A DNA stretch of 64,000 nucleotides, from contig CM022677.1 in the NCBI GenBank assembly GCA_012295275.1, positions 26,102,001 to 26,166,000 on the forward strand, given 5' to 3'. Shown piece by piece: positions 1-64,000 of this stretch; the first letter of the stretch is position 1, and every line of letters begins with the position of its first letter. The notes beneath the pieces were generated by a model, which made no database searches, had not been told where the DNA came from, and saw only the letters and a program-made list of their open reading frames with translations. Origin of the DNA: Chrysomallon squamiferum (lineage: Eukaryota > Animalia > Mollusca). The translations under genes were made by a program, and so were the position numbers.

Positions 1-37749
<37,749 letters not shown>

Positions 37750-38049
37750 CTCAGCAGAATGTTACCTGCATTGAAACAACGACATTGCAGTTACACGTTC
37801 ACCAGACGTTTGCTTCACTGACTTAGCGTATAAGCGTAATGCTATTACATACAGGCATGCTGTTTAAAAGACACCATTCTATGGCCAGTGTTAACATGTA
37901 TTTATTAAGGAGCGGGGGAAAAATATGCAGAGCACAAATAAAAGCTGAGCCAGTCAGTTAGTGCGTTACGGTTTTTTTAAACTCCAGAAATTATAAATAC
38001 GAATGTTGAATTGACACATATCTATAATTAATATAGCTCCAATGCGCTG

Positions 38050-38173
<124 letters not shown>

Positions 38174-38490
38174 ATCAAAAGAGAGTTTCTGAGAGAGAGA
38201 GAGCCACTGTATCAAAATTTTGTTTCTGAAAGTAAGTATATATATATATATATTTATTTTTTTATACATAATTTAGTGGATTTATATAATAAATAATAAT
38301 TACTTAGAATGTGGGTACAGTGCCTATAATGTCTTCTCGTGTTATATGTTAATAGTGGAAACACTTTGATCTATTTTTTTTTCCTTGCGGGGATTGTCAT
38401 AACTCGTCCACTGAAAGACAGTCCTGAATGGTCCAGTAATAGAAAACAGCCAACAAGTACAATAGTTTGTTTATATAGGTGGGCGTATTG

Positions 38491-38545
<55 letters not shown>

Positions 38546-38661
38546 AGTGTGCGCGTACCGCGCGTTTTTGTCAAATTACATGTTTATTTTATTAATAACG
38601 TTGTTATAGTTACTTACAGTAGTAATATTACCAAGAATATTACCAAGTATGTATGTATGTA

Positions 38662-38692
<31 letters not shown>

Positions 38693-39587
38693 ATGTATGT
38701 ATGGTATGTAAGTGTGTATGTATGTATGTGTGTATGTGTGTATGTATGTATGTATGTAGGTATGTAGGTAGGTAGGTAGGTAGGTAGGTATGTATGTGTA
38801 TATGTAGGTATGTATGTATGTATGTATGTATGTATGTATGTATGTATGTATGTATGTGTGTGTGTATGTATGTATGTGTGTATGTATGTATGTATGTATG
38901 TATGTATGTGTGTATGTATGTGTGTACGTGTGTATATGTGTGTGTGTATGTATGTAAGATATCATCTTTATGTAAGGTGTCACTAAAAAAAAATATCATC
39001 TTTGCAAGGTGTCACTAAAAAAAAAAAAAAAAAAAAAAAAATAAAAAAATAAAAAAATAAAAATTAAAAATAATCTAAGGTAATGCGATATACGTCTTAC
39101 GTAAATTCTCATTGAAATGCAAAACATCACCACTGCACGAAACTTTATAACCCTAGTAAAATTATGAGACTATGGATTACACTTCATTGTCAGTTCAGAT
39201 GAATAAGAGTGAAACACAATGGAATTATCATTTGTGAATCTCTTGCTGACAGGAAAAACAAGAATATCGGATGAACAGGAAAAAAAAAACGGGTTATAAT
39301 GAAGAAGACGCTTGTTTAAGTGATTCGGTTTGGATCAACATGACATGCCAATCATTCAGCTGGACTTCCTATTGTTTATAATCAAATGGATATTAATATT
39401 TCTATAAATAATCCTACTATTTTTTTATTTATTTATTTATTTTTTTGGTTAACTTAGTTTACCTTTCTCTTTCTGTCCTATATTTGTTTGTTTTTTTGCG
39501 TCATTACTATCACTAGTAAAACAGGACGTTGAAGACAACGATCAGATAAGACAGCGATAAAACAGAAACGTAGATAGCGACAGTGTT

Positions 39588-39673
<86 letters not shown>

Positions 39674-40155
39674 AAACAACAGATGTACAGAACAAATGGA
39701 CAGCGTAACTGTTGCATGCGTCCCTGGGCAGGAATTGTCGAGTCATGAAATGTTTTGTATCGGCGCGTACTGGGGGTGTATTCTAGCAGAACACCGCCAC
39801 AAAAGAAGCAGTTTGACAAAAGACATTTCAACTCCAGCCGTCAGGTGATAACATCCTTGTTGGGGGAGCAGTTTACAACCGGTTATTTTTCTTCATTTTG
39901 GATCGGGCGTGACTTTCGATTGTTCATCGCGTCCCGAACGCACAACAGTTTTATAATTATTATTACTGATTATTACTCAACTCTTTAACTCCCTCCCTCT
40001 CCCGCGGAGCACTAATAAAGTCATTTCCATTCACTTTGATAAGAAAAGAATTTCTACATTTCGCTTTTAGAATGGTTTAATGTGTACATCTAACCTTTGC
40101 GGTCTGGTACATTTTGACCTCTGACAATCAATTTCCAATGAAGAAAAGAGAAAAG

Positions 40156-40196
<41 letters not shown>

Positions 40197-40672
40197 TTCC
40201 ATCAAACCAGTTTTGATCGGTGCGGCAAATTTTGCTTTATGAACTCTGTTTCACAAACTATTAGGTGTATACCCGTTTCTAGGGTGTGTCCTCGAAGCCG
40301 AAGAGGGTTAGGGATGGAGGGGTGTGGGTTCTACACGCCTTTGACACTTAGGGCGAAAATCAGTTCACATTTTCATATCTGTGTATATTAATTCCTGTGG
40401 CGGAATCTTAATTTTTTTGAACACTCCTTAAATAAATTATGAAATCTTTGTGTTTACGTATGCATGAATTTTTTCAGTCGTTCGCAGACACTTATGCATA
40501 CATACTTTCAAGTATTATTGTATATTATATATATATATTTTTTTTTTTTTTAGTATTTATTATCAGAAAAGATTGAGAGTGATTAACGGAAGAAAAGAAC
40601 AAGCAATACCGGGGAAGACAATTTTCAGAAAAAACTGAAAAGAATCTTAGATAAGAAATTTAGCAAAGTCTC

Positions 40673-40780
<108 letters not shown>

Positions 40781-41539
40781 CAGCATTGGAGCATATATAT
40801 CTCAGTTATAGAAATGATTTATATAAATATATACACACTTTAAATATGAAATATGTATCATTATCATCTTAAGCATAGAAGTGATTTATATAAATATATA
40901 CATACTTTAAATATGAAATATGTATCATATATCATCTCTATTATAGAAGTGATTTATGTAAATATATACATACTTTAAATATGAAAAGGTTCTGTCATAT
41001 TGGGTACATAAACAGAATATTTTTAAAGTAAGCACAATAAAAAAATTGTGGTAATCTATCGTATCTATAGCTAATCCAATGTTTAAATGGATTTTTTAAA
41101 TATATTAATAATTTTTGTTGGCAAAAGAATTTTTGCGAAATGTAAAATAAAACAAAATGTATTAAAAATTCCATCAGATAAAACCCCAACAAAACATGTG
41201 TGCAAAAAAAAAAAAAAAAAAAAAAAGAGATGTTTTGAGTAGAATTCCATTAGAATTTAATTATTTCAGTATCTGTTCCACTATACCTGAAATACACCCA
41301 TAAATAATATTATTAACGTTTTAATATGCTTACCTATAAACAAAAAATAAATCGTAGACTCAGATACCAGTTAAAAAAACCCCACATAAAAACATTACAG
41401 TAGCCGATTCTTTCAAATAAAATGAGTAGATATAGCGTTATTAATTTCTAACAATGTGTGTACATATATATATATATATATCTATCTGACTCTACTTTCC
41501 ACAAAGACTAAATCAAAGATAAATAAAACTGTGTCTCAC

Positions 41540-41680
41540 CTGCTGACACTGTAGTTCGCTCGTAGTTCACAAACAGCCACTAACGGAGAGATAAACAGCA
41601 ACTCGACAGTCCTGTGCGGCGTATAGACCCTGCGGCCTCGTTAATGAGTATCCGTAAGTGAAAACCGCCTTTTAAATCCT
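41540..41680 (-). promoter_or_regulatory. Candidate non-coding first exon and promoter of gene A
   Basis: CAG|GTGAGA donor at 41538-41540 in a CpG-rich unique patch; TATA-like ATTTAAAAG near 41670; E-box at 41903. Inference only. Confidence 0.4.
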
Positions 41681-42130
41681 CCCAGAAAAAACTCCCAGTA
41701 CAATCTAAAACAAACCGTACCCTGCGCGTCTTTTGAATGCTTATTTTTAAACAGCAATAACTGAAAGAGAGTTGAATAAAGAGAAGAGAAGAAATATATA
41801 TGTGTGAGTATTTTCAAATACGCTTTTCCACGCCCACCGCGCTAGAACCGGTCAGGATGTGTCGTCTGCATTCTTGTACCCGTACACTTTGAATAAATTG
41901 ATCACGTGACCCCTCCCATTAATACCCGGCCACCCGGTTCCTTTCAGGGCGGCTTGCAGCCCACCCACCCGTGACGGGTTGGTTAGAAGAAAGTTTTTTA
42001 TTTATTTATTATTACTATTATTATTATGTTGTTGTTTTTATTTTTTTATCATGGTAATTAAGTTACACCCGATAGCGAACTCACTTTCGTTATTAACTTA
42101 TGTTGCAATAAAATAATTTAAATATTTATT

Positions 42131-42167
<37 letters not shown>

Positions 42168-43564
42168 CATACACATTCATATATATATTTATGTATGTAT
42201 GTATGTACATACGTATATTGATATGTGCGTGTGTGTGTAAATATCTATATCTATATCTAGATATATATATATATATATTTATATATTAATAATATGAATA
42301 ATAATGGTATAATAATATAAGTGACGATGGTGATGATGATGTTAATGATGCATATTCCTCATATATACACGCGTTTGTCTGTATCAGTATATGTATCTCT
42401 ATCTACTTATATACCATCAATATAGCTATTATACATATGTGTGTGTGCGTGTGTGTGTTTGTGTGTTTGTGTTTGTGTGTGCGTGTGTGTGTGTTTGTGT
42501 GTGTGCGTGTGTGCGTGTGTGCGTGTGCGTACGTGTGTGTTTGTGTGTGTATGTGTGTGTGTGTCTGCGTGCGTGTGAATGTGTGTGTGTGTGTGAGTGC
42601 GTGCGTGTGTGTGTTTATTTATTTATTTATTCATACAGCGTCACTCTCAGTTTCTTTATTTCTCTGGGTGGGTTTTCAAGGATGATTAAATTTAATTCGC
42701 ATTCTAGATTTTTTTTTTTTTTTTTTTTTTTTTGGCTGTACATGCAGACTCCACCCGTCTGTACGTCACGTGACCCGGGCTCCACCCTCCTGTTCAAACA
42801 GACATTTCTGTGCCTGTGTTTTCTAACTGCAGAGTTCTAACAACAGACCCCCATTGTTACATGTCGTATATTTTTTAAAATTAGGTTGCTCGTCCAGTCA
42901 TCCTCTTTACTCGCGATTCACAGCGAAGTTACGCAACTTTACAACACCCGACACAGAACAGAAACACATATTCATCCCTCCGTCGCTCTTTTCTCTCTTA
43001 TCTGTTTGTCTGTCTTTCTATCTGGATAATAGCTTTATTTATCTGGCAGTCAGTTTCTCTTTCTGCCCGTCTGTCTATCTATCTATCTTATCTATCTATC
43101 TTTCTGTCCGTCTGTCTATCTATCTATCTTATCTATCTATCTTATCTATCTATCTTATCTATCTATCTTATCTATCTATCTTTCTGTCCGTCTGTCTATC
43201 TAGCTATCTTATCTATCTATGTTTCTGTCCTTCTATCTATCTATCTATCTATCTATCTTATCTATCTATCGTTCTGTCTGTCTGTTATTATAAATGTTAT
43301 TCATTAATGTAATCAGTTCAGTAAGATTTATTTAGTTTGTTACTTATTCATTCCCTTATAATATTTATTTATTTATTTATTTATTTATTCGAAACCTTAT
43401 TTATGTGTATGTAGTTTGTATATGTGTATGTGTGTTCCATCACACGTACACGCACACACATTAATCACATTGCTTCATTTTATTACTGAATTATACGATG
43501 AATCAAATGTGTGAGACTTTTAGTATAAATACATACATGCATACATACATATATACATATATAC

Positions 43565-43653
<89 letters not shown>

Positions 43654-44646
43654 TTCTTTATTTCTATTTTTATTTTTTATTATATATATATATATATATA
43701 TATCTTTTTGTTTTACAGTTGTCGAGGCAGTTGTAACTCCAGTCTTGTAGCGACATTGACCTCTTCGTCGTCATCTGACCTCGTCACCCACAGGGTTTTG
43801 CGGCCCGAGAAGAAACCCGCTGTTTCTAACGTTCCAGTTCTACCCATACAGCGAAACGAAACAGACGACAACAACAGCAGAAAAGAGAAAAAAAAAATAA
43901 AAAGAAAGAAACGAAATAAATAATAACTGAAGCATAAATAAAAATGAAAATAAGTTGATTTGTACTACGATTATGAAAAACAAATATAAAAAAATAAATA
44001 AAAAAAATAAAAATAAATAAAAAAAAAACACTAAAAAAATCTATATGTTATGCCAGTACAGAGTAATGTAAGAAATTAAAAAAAAAATAAATAAATAAAT
44101 AAAAAAAAAAAAAAAAATAATGAATTAAAAAATAATGAATTAAAAAAAAAAAAAATAATTAAAAAAGAATAAAAAAAAAAAAAAAAAAAAATGAAGGAAC
44201 GATGATTTATTTTCAATTTTTTTTTTTTTTTAAATCATTTTCACTGATCCTTAAATTTACCGACAGAGGTCGCTTTTCAAGGCCGGTAATTCGTTTTCTA
44301 GACCAAAAACCTGACGGTCATTGGCTACCGCTGAACGTTCTTGAAAAGCGTAAAAAAAAAACACAAAATGAAATCCACGTGCTTTGTTAGTGACGCGCTC
44401 CACTGAGCGGTGACAGTGACGCTGAAACCATGGCAACGTTCAGTTTAAAAAGCTTCTCGCCTCAGTTTGATGTAGAAACATGGCTCACACGTTTAAAAAC
44501 TAGCACTGACCTGCTAACCTCGGGCAGGTCGTTTGAAACCTGTTTAGTAAAACTGCACTAAAAAATATTTTTCAGTTTTTGCTACAGTTGGGGGCAGGAT
44601 CGAAACTCAGATTTGTTTTAATATTCTAGTTTAATGGGATCGTTAG

Positions 44647-44742
<96 letters not shown>

Positions 44743-45324
44743 TCACACACACACACACACACACAAAAACTCACACAGACACAGAAGATTCCGATAAACA
44801 AAAATGAGACAAAACATTATTTTTAGGTATTACTTGCTATGAACAAGACATGAATTTCAACATTTCTAATGGACAACATATAATAAAATTCTCTTGGTCA
44901 CAAAACAGAATTCGCTTCAAGGCTATTACCGATATCTAAATAATGAAAATAATATTATATTACTAATAGCTCTGAATCACAAATCCTGTTAGTTGTTATT
45001 GAATCGTTTATATATATATATATAAAAAAAACCCACCACCACACGAGTGTCATATGTCACGATATTAACCGAAAAAAAAAGAATGAATCATTTTTTCTCT
45101 TTATTTTTGCAAATATATATTTATCTTCTTCTGTCTCTCTCTTTCATTTTTTTTTTTTACTAATCAGTTATCAAGTTTTCAATAGCCTCACTACTCAATG
45201 ACCTTCAATCACTCACTACTCAATGACCTTCGCTTTGTTGGAGTCTTGAATGAAACTAACGAGAACCAGTTAGTTAACATTTGGAGTAAACTGGGTGGAA
45301 TGCTATTGTCACTATGTATACTTT

Positions 45325-45513
<189 letters not shown>

Positions 45514-45592
45514 TGCATTTTGTGTTTGTGGTGTGTGTGCGCGTGCGTATTTGCTCATCTTTATAATCTGCTTCACTCTGTCTTTTTTCTTA

Positions 45593-45694
<102 letters not shown>

Positions 45695-46639
45695 ACAAGA
45701 TAACCTGAGATAACTACTATTACTGCTTATCTCTTTTTGTTTTTCTCTTTCGGCGTTCATTCATTTCACTGTTTTTAAATTTTACGGTGATTTCTGACCA
45801 CCACGCCACAGACTTGAGAAGTGAAGTGATCTCCACGTCACCTCGCTTCCTCGCGCGAGCAATAAATAGTATCTGACGATGTTCACGACGACGACAACAA
45901 CTGCTCAAACGTGACTGTGGAATAAAAGGAACATACTGCTTCAGTGTGCCTTCGTGCATTGTTGTAGCCTGTCCCGTCAGCTGCCTGTCGAGTTATGTGG
46001 TAAAACAGGTTTTTACTGAAACCACTGGGACAAATTTAGAAACGGGGTGAGTTCGCGTGGTAGCAAATATACTGTGTCTTTGTGTGTGTGTGAGTGTGGG
46101 TGGGTGTGCGGTGGGGTGTGGGGGGATGGGGTGGAAACCTCGTTAATAAACGGGATATTATTAATGACATACATACATACACACACACACACATACATAC
46201 ATACATACATACATACACATGTTGTGTTTTTTTTTTTGTTCTTGTTGTTGTTGTTCTTCTTCGTCTTATGATTATGATTATTATTACTATTATTTCTATT
46301 ATAACTATCATTATTATTATTAGTAGTAGTAGTAGTAGTAGCAGTATTTTATCAATAATTATTAGTATTAGTATTAGTAGTATTAGTAGTAGTAGTATTA
46401 GTATTAATGTTATTTTCATCATCATCACCGTTGTTGTAGTTGTAGACAGTCAATTACATAAAACTAGCTTATGTTTCAGAACAGTACAAAAATATATATG
46501 TGAGAATAAATTATAATGTATAGTAAAACAGCTTTTAAATGTTTATGTATTTAGTGTCTTCTATTAGTACTATTAGTATGTGTGCGTGTGTGTTATATAT
46601 ATATATATATACATACATATATAAACTGGCATTCTACTA

Positions 46640-47108
46640 TATATGTATATATGTATGTATGTACGTATGAGTGTGTGTATGTATGTATGTGTGTATGTGT
46701 GTGTATATGTATGTGTGCATGTATGTATGTATGTATGTATGTATGTATGTAGGTAGGTAGGTATGTATGTATGTGTGTATGTATGTATGTGTGTATGTAT
46801 GTATGTATGTATGTGTATGTATGTATGTGTGTGTATGTATGTGTATGTGTACGTATGTATGTATGTATGTATGTATGTTTGTATGTATATATGTATGTAT
46901 CTGTGTATGTATGTGTGTGTGTGTATGAAAAGTATGTATGTATGTATATATATGTATGTGTGTATGTATGTATGTATGTATGTGTATACGTGTATGTATA
47001 TATGTATGAATGTGTGTATGTATGTGTATGTATGTATGTATGTGTGTGTATGTATGTATGTGTGTATGTATGTATGTATGTATGTATGTATGTGTGTATG
47101 CATGTATG

Positions 47109-47142
<34 letters not shown>

Positions 47143-47150
47143 TGTACGTA
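46640..47150. repeat. (TATG)n/(TG)n microsatellite
   Basis: Directly visible; similar tracts at 38650-38955 and 51110-51540. Confidence 0.95.
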
Positions 47151-47476
47151 TGTCTGTAGTTATTTTGCAACTAACTTCAGTACAAGCTCACCCAGGTTGG
47201 AGGGCATGTAAGAGTGAGCGGGTGTGGAATTAACTGTGGCGTGAAATCTGAGTACGCATGCGCAGTGGCTCGTTTTGTTTCGGTTTTAGAAAAACATAAA
47301 ACTGTTCTCACAATTAATTTGCGACCTTATGTCCACCCTGACAGGGTGCGGGAACTGATGTGTCACTTAGTTCTGTTTGACACCAGTGAAACGGATTTGA
47401 TGCACGTTTTATAACAGAAACGTAGATTAGAGTGAGAGAGGGAGACAGTGATAGAAAGAGGGTGTGGGTAAAAGAG

Positions 47477-47549
<73 letters not shown>

Positions 47550-48998
47550 TTTACGTACAACTTGTTTTGCACGCACACTCCTAGATCCGGGTACTTTATT
47601 CAGTGTTTTTTTTTGTTATAAGCGATTATAACTAGGAAGCAAACTCATCTAACGGCAGTAGTCACGTGGACACGCCTCACAAACAGCAGAAACAGGTTTA
47701 TGTTGAAAAAACTGGAAATCACTGAAGTGATAAATACACAATTGCTGATAAAAAAGAATGATAAAACAGAAGTGCGAATAATAATTTTTTTTGTTTTTTA
47801 AAGAAAAAAGAACCTACTTTACAATTATAAATTGAAAATACCTTTAAAACTCTTTACATATTTATTTATTTATTTATTTATTTATTTTTTTTTTTTTTTT
47901 TTTTCGTGGAGGCAATTCCAGTTTTACTGTTGTATTGTTAAACAATAACAAACATTCTAACACAACGTGAGTAAAGATATCAACGTATGTAAATTTAAAT
48001 CCAAACACAAAAACAAGGTAATTTGTAATTTTGAAACTAAAATAATAAAAACAACGACAACAGCAACAGCAACAGCAACACATATAATAACAGAAAAATA
48101 GATGTCAGACTGAAGACAGACAGATGGAAAGACAGAAAGATAGAGAGGAGGACGACAGGTGTATGAATGGATAGACAGACAGATCTGCAACATTATACAT
48201 AGATTGAAAAAAAACCTGCATACAAAAATATTGTACTGCATATTCACTGAATTTATGTAAGTCATGTAAAATAATAGTAATAGAATTGTAGTAGTAGCTG
48301 TAATACTAGTAGTAGTAGTAGTAGTAGTAGCAGTAGTAGTAGTAGTAATAGTAGTGGTAATAGTAGTAGTAGTAGTGGCAGTAGTAGCAGTAATAGTAGT
48401 GGTAGTAACAGTAATAGTAGTAGTCGTAGTTGTAGTAGTAGTAGCAGTAGTAGTAGTAGTGGTAATAGTAGTTGTAATAGTAGTAGTAATTGCAGTAATA
48501 GTAGTGGTAGTATCAGTAGCAGTAGTAATAGTAGTAGTAGCAGTAATAGTAGTGGTAGTAGCAGTAGCAGTAGCAGTAGCAGTAGCAGTAGCAGTAGTAG
48601 TAGTAGTAATAGTAGTGGTAGTAGCAGTAGCAGTAGCAGTAGTAGTAGTAGTAGCAGTAATGGTAGTGATAACAGCGGCAGTAGTAATAGTTAATAGAAG
48701 TAGTAATGTTGTCTGATCTTTCACATCTGATGATTAAGACACTTTGCAGATTACAACAAGAAAATAATAATAATAATAACAAAAAAAGTCCTAACTCAGG
48801 AAATATACCATTTATTTAAACTGCATATCTAATACAAAGTAAACACACATACGTAATACCAGTAAACACACATATCCAATAATCAGTAAGTAATATATTA
48901 TCGTCATCTTTTTCCTTTTCTTTTTTTTTTTACATTATTGTGATACTAAATATTTTCTCTTACTTTGTCGTTATAGCTTTACATGTATATAAAAAAAA

Positions 48999-49029
<31 letters not shown>

Positions 49030-49052
49030 ATCTGTGGATTCAACTCTATGTG

Positions 49053-60338
<11,286 letters not shown>

Positions 60339-61004
60339 GTTCTTAGATCAGCAGAATCCTGGAAAAATAAAAATATAGAAATACAGAACATTTCAGCATA
60401 TAGTATTTCTGCCTGTTGATGTTATGAATCTTATTCATAGTGGTACAACTAATACGGTTAATGAAATTACTAAAAATATTTTGTACGTGTGAATCTTTGT
60501 CTAATAATCTCATAGAAATTTAGCATAGTTACGGGGTTTTGGTTTTTGTTTTTTTTTTTTTTTTTTTTAGCTGTTTAATCGGTTTTTTATTGCTTGCTAC
60601 TGATACAACGTCAGAGCAGTTGTGGCGGTAGTAGTAGTAGGAGTAGTGGTAGTAGTAGTAGTACTGCTGCTACTGGTGGTTTTGTTATTACTAATCCTCT
60701 CAGTATAGTTATTATTGTTTTTGTTCTTATTGTTGTTGTTGTAGCTTGCGTTGTTGTTGTTGTTTAACTTTTAAATAACTTATTATTATTATTATTATTG
60801 TTGTTGTTGATATTATTGTTGTTGTTGCTGTGATTGTTACCTACACAAATTCCACACCAGTCCCCCATTATTGTAAACAACGCAATAACTGACAGGTAAC
60901 AATATACCTTGCAGAACCACATTCTTCGTTATCCCTGTTCAGCCGTCAGGTGTAATGTTACACGTTTAGTGCTGTCCTTGTCTTACATTGTGCAATCTGG
61001 AAAA

Positions 61005-61154
61005 GTCACGTGTTGATTTGTGCACTTAGTCGTGGTTACGATTTACACTGTACAAGTCGTGGTCACGTGTTTCTGTCCACTGGTTGTCATGGTCACGTGA
61101 TTGTAGAAGTTACTGATCAGGTGTTGATAGAATAAGAAAGTTGTCACGTGACAA
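61005..61154. promoter_or_regulatory. Cluster of four GTCACGTG E-boxes upstream of gene B
   Basis: CACGTG at 61007, 61064, 61094 and 61145; the last lies in the perfect palindrome ttgtcacgtgacaa. Confidence 0.5.
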
Positions 61155-61458
61155 CATATATTCCTAAATAGAACTGTTCAGTGCATAATGTATATATATA
61201 TATATAAAAAAAGGAGAAAGGGGACGTAACTGGTTGTTAACACAAAAGGGTTATGTCTCATATCTTTTTGAAAGAAAAATGATCTTCAGTGTTTGCTCCA
61301 GAGAATAATATAATCAAACAGGAAGAATAATAACAAGAAAAAAAAAAAACAGTAATAAAAAGAGGAACAGAAAGAACAGGCACTTTGTCTGGATGAAACT
61401 GGAATCAAACGAGTCCTGGAATGTCACTTTACTTCTCTTTTCTCTTCAGAGCTCACAG

Positions 61459-61609
<151 letters not shown>

Positions 61610-61920
61610 TATTAGAAACAATTTTGAAACTTTGAAACGGGCGTTTGACTTACATGTGTAAGGTATAAACACAGTTTTTTTATTCCTTTGAAGATTGTCA
61701 ACTCTTCTTCGTTTAATATGTTATAACATTCCACAAAGTTTTCTGCTGTTTTATTACCGTGAAATTCATATTGTTATGTCTGCCTTAAAATAAACTATGT
61801 TTTATACAGCATGGCCTTGATAATGTATATATATATGTGTGTGTGTGTCTGTATGTGTGTGTGTGTTTGATTATATGTGTGTGTTTATATAACATGTCTA
61901 TCATAAAATAAACAGTTTTA

Positions 61921-61953
<33 letters not shown>

Positions 61954-62670
61954 CCGTTTGATTATCAGATGAAATTCATATAACATTGAAAATTCAAACT
62001 GTCTATCTACCTGTGTTTGTGTGTCACACAGATGAACATTTCATCTCTGTCTTTCTACGTGTGTGTGTGTGTGAATTAATTATTGTTCCTATTATGGTTA
62101 TTGTTCAAACGTATTAATTCTTAACAAATCTGAAGTAAGTTAATCATAACATCAAATTATCAAAATAGTCTGCTTGATCTGTTTTTCCTGTTCCGACCTC
62201 GGCTGCCTTAGACCAGTGTCTGTGAACAGATGTGTGAAGTTATTGACGTTAATCTGATAAACCTCTCACCACTGCAATATGTTAACAAGATTATATAAAT
62301 CTCTCCTCAAAAACAGAAATCTTAGTCATTATAGTAACATGCCAGTTAATCTAAGTATATACAGAAATACATTTGTACTGTGTGTGTGTGTGTATGTCTG
62401 TCTGTATATGTGTGTTTGCATGCATGTATCTGTATAAAAGCAGCTGAATTTACGAAAATAGTTGTGAAAATGTTTATTAATGAAGGTGTGAGCGTGCGAG
62501 TGTCTGTGTGTGTGTGTGTAGGGGAGTGTGTGCGTGTGTGTGTGTGTGTGTGGGTGTGTGTGCTTATAATGTTACGTTAATCCAGTAAAAACCTTCATTT
62601 AGTAATATGCCAACACGATTATATAAACCTCCAGATTATAGAGATCTAAGATTATAGTAATAATAATATA

Positions 62671-62764
<94 letters not shown>

Positions 62765-62781
62765 CATACATATGGATGTAC

Positions 62782-62859
<78 letters not shown>

Positions 62860-64000
62860 TAGATAGCCAGACAGACAGAGAGAGAAATTGAGACATTTAC
62901 ATAATTTTTATGCACTACACGTTTGTCGCTTAAAATAAATAAATAATTGTTGATAAGAAACGATTTGTTAAATGGCTGCTGTAGAAACGTACTATACATG
63001 ATTTTTCAAGAATATTGTCTTTGTTTGTATATCTATATCTATATCTATAATATGTGTGTGTGTGTGTGTGTGTGTGTTTTAGAAATATTTAGTTATAATT
63101 AACTTAAATATTTTTTTGAGAATGCAATTATAATTCTAAAGATGCAGTTTTCTTTCTTTCCTTTTCTCTTTTATTTTCTTTCCTGTTATAACTTTGTTTT
63201 CTAAAGTTTCATCCATATAATTAAATATTTAAAGATTGCAATATAATAAAATATTCAATTATTTTTTTAATATTCTAAAGTTTTGCGGTGTATTAAATTT
63301 AAATTTAATATTCTAAAGTTTGCAAAGTTACGAAATTTTCAGTGATAATTAAAGATTTTAGAGATTGCAGTTTTAAAAATATTGATCTCTAAATTCAGAA
63401 ACTGACAAAATATTCAGTTCTTCATGATTACATAAAATTAAATTTTGCAATAATATTCTAAAGCGTGCAAATTATATACTCATAAGTTACAATTTGATGT
63501 ATATTAAAAATCAGTAGTGACAATGAAATATTTCAAGTACACATATACTCACATACACTGTAACAGAAACTTTTTCTTCACCTCTTATTTCCCATAATCC
63601 CCTTTCCGACGAGAAAACAAGAAATGTTCTGTATAACTGCTGACCACGGGTAAGTCTTGTTAGTCTGATTAGATTTAACCATGCGGAAAAATATTTACCT
63701 GTAATCCATCTGTTAAGGTGGAAAAAAAAATATTGCAATGCAAATGAGCTGAGATATGAAGTTCTGGGGGAAAAAAAAAAAAAAAAGATAAAATAAAAGG
63801 AAAATAAAGAAAAAGTAAGAATGTTTTATTTTGATATATTGAATGACTACAGATGCTGAAAGATGTTGCTGACGTTAAGAATTGTAAATGTAAAATTTGA
63901 TGATTAAAAAAGAACTACTCTTAGTAATACTACTATTACTGATACTTCTGCTGCTACTACTATACACAAACACACACATAAGAATCGTTATTCATTTTCT

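Noticed and set aside
63511-63738. 75-aa minus-strand ORF as an exon of a third gene
   Set aside because: No recognisable domain and no confidently paired splice sites.

Overview
Eukaryotic, AT-rich, microsatellite-laden animal DNA, most likely a mollusc or other lophotrochozoan (inferred from gene content). The window holds two tandem, intron-rich paralogous genes on the minus strand, which I rebuilt by hand from GT-AG boundaries and reading phase. Gene A starts at ATG 37749 and runs off the left edge. It has 37 coding exons in the window (about 7.57 kb CDS, over 2500 aa) and encodes signal peptide - RKKR - CAP/SCP - EGF-like - ShKT-like - vWA - 3xTSP1 - vWA - 3xTSP1 - vWA - vWA - 13xTSP1 - chitin-binding type 2 modules - LamG/ConA-like domain. 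Gene B (ATG 60338 to TAA 49053, 13 coding exons, about 760 aa) encodes signal peptide - vWA - 3xTSP1 - chitin-binding modules - LamG-like domain, with frame problems at its 3' end. The vWA...ChtBD2...LamG backbone matches the Pif/BMSP family of molluscan shell-matrix proteins. Most notable: (1) a CRISP/Mr30-like CAP-EGF-ShKT head fused to a Pif/BMSP-like body; (2) a recently expanded array of phase-1 TSP1 exons; (3) tandem repeats that repeatedly straddle splice junctions; (4) a sharp CpG contrast between the paralogs. Most ORFs in the supplied track are simple-repeat artefacts. No tRNA, rRNA, CRISPR or coding transposon was recognised.
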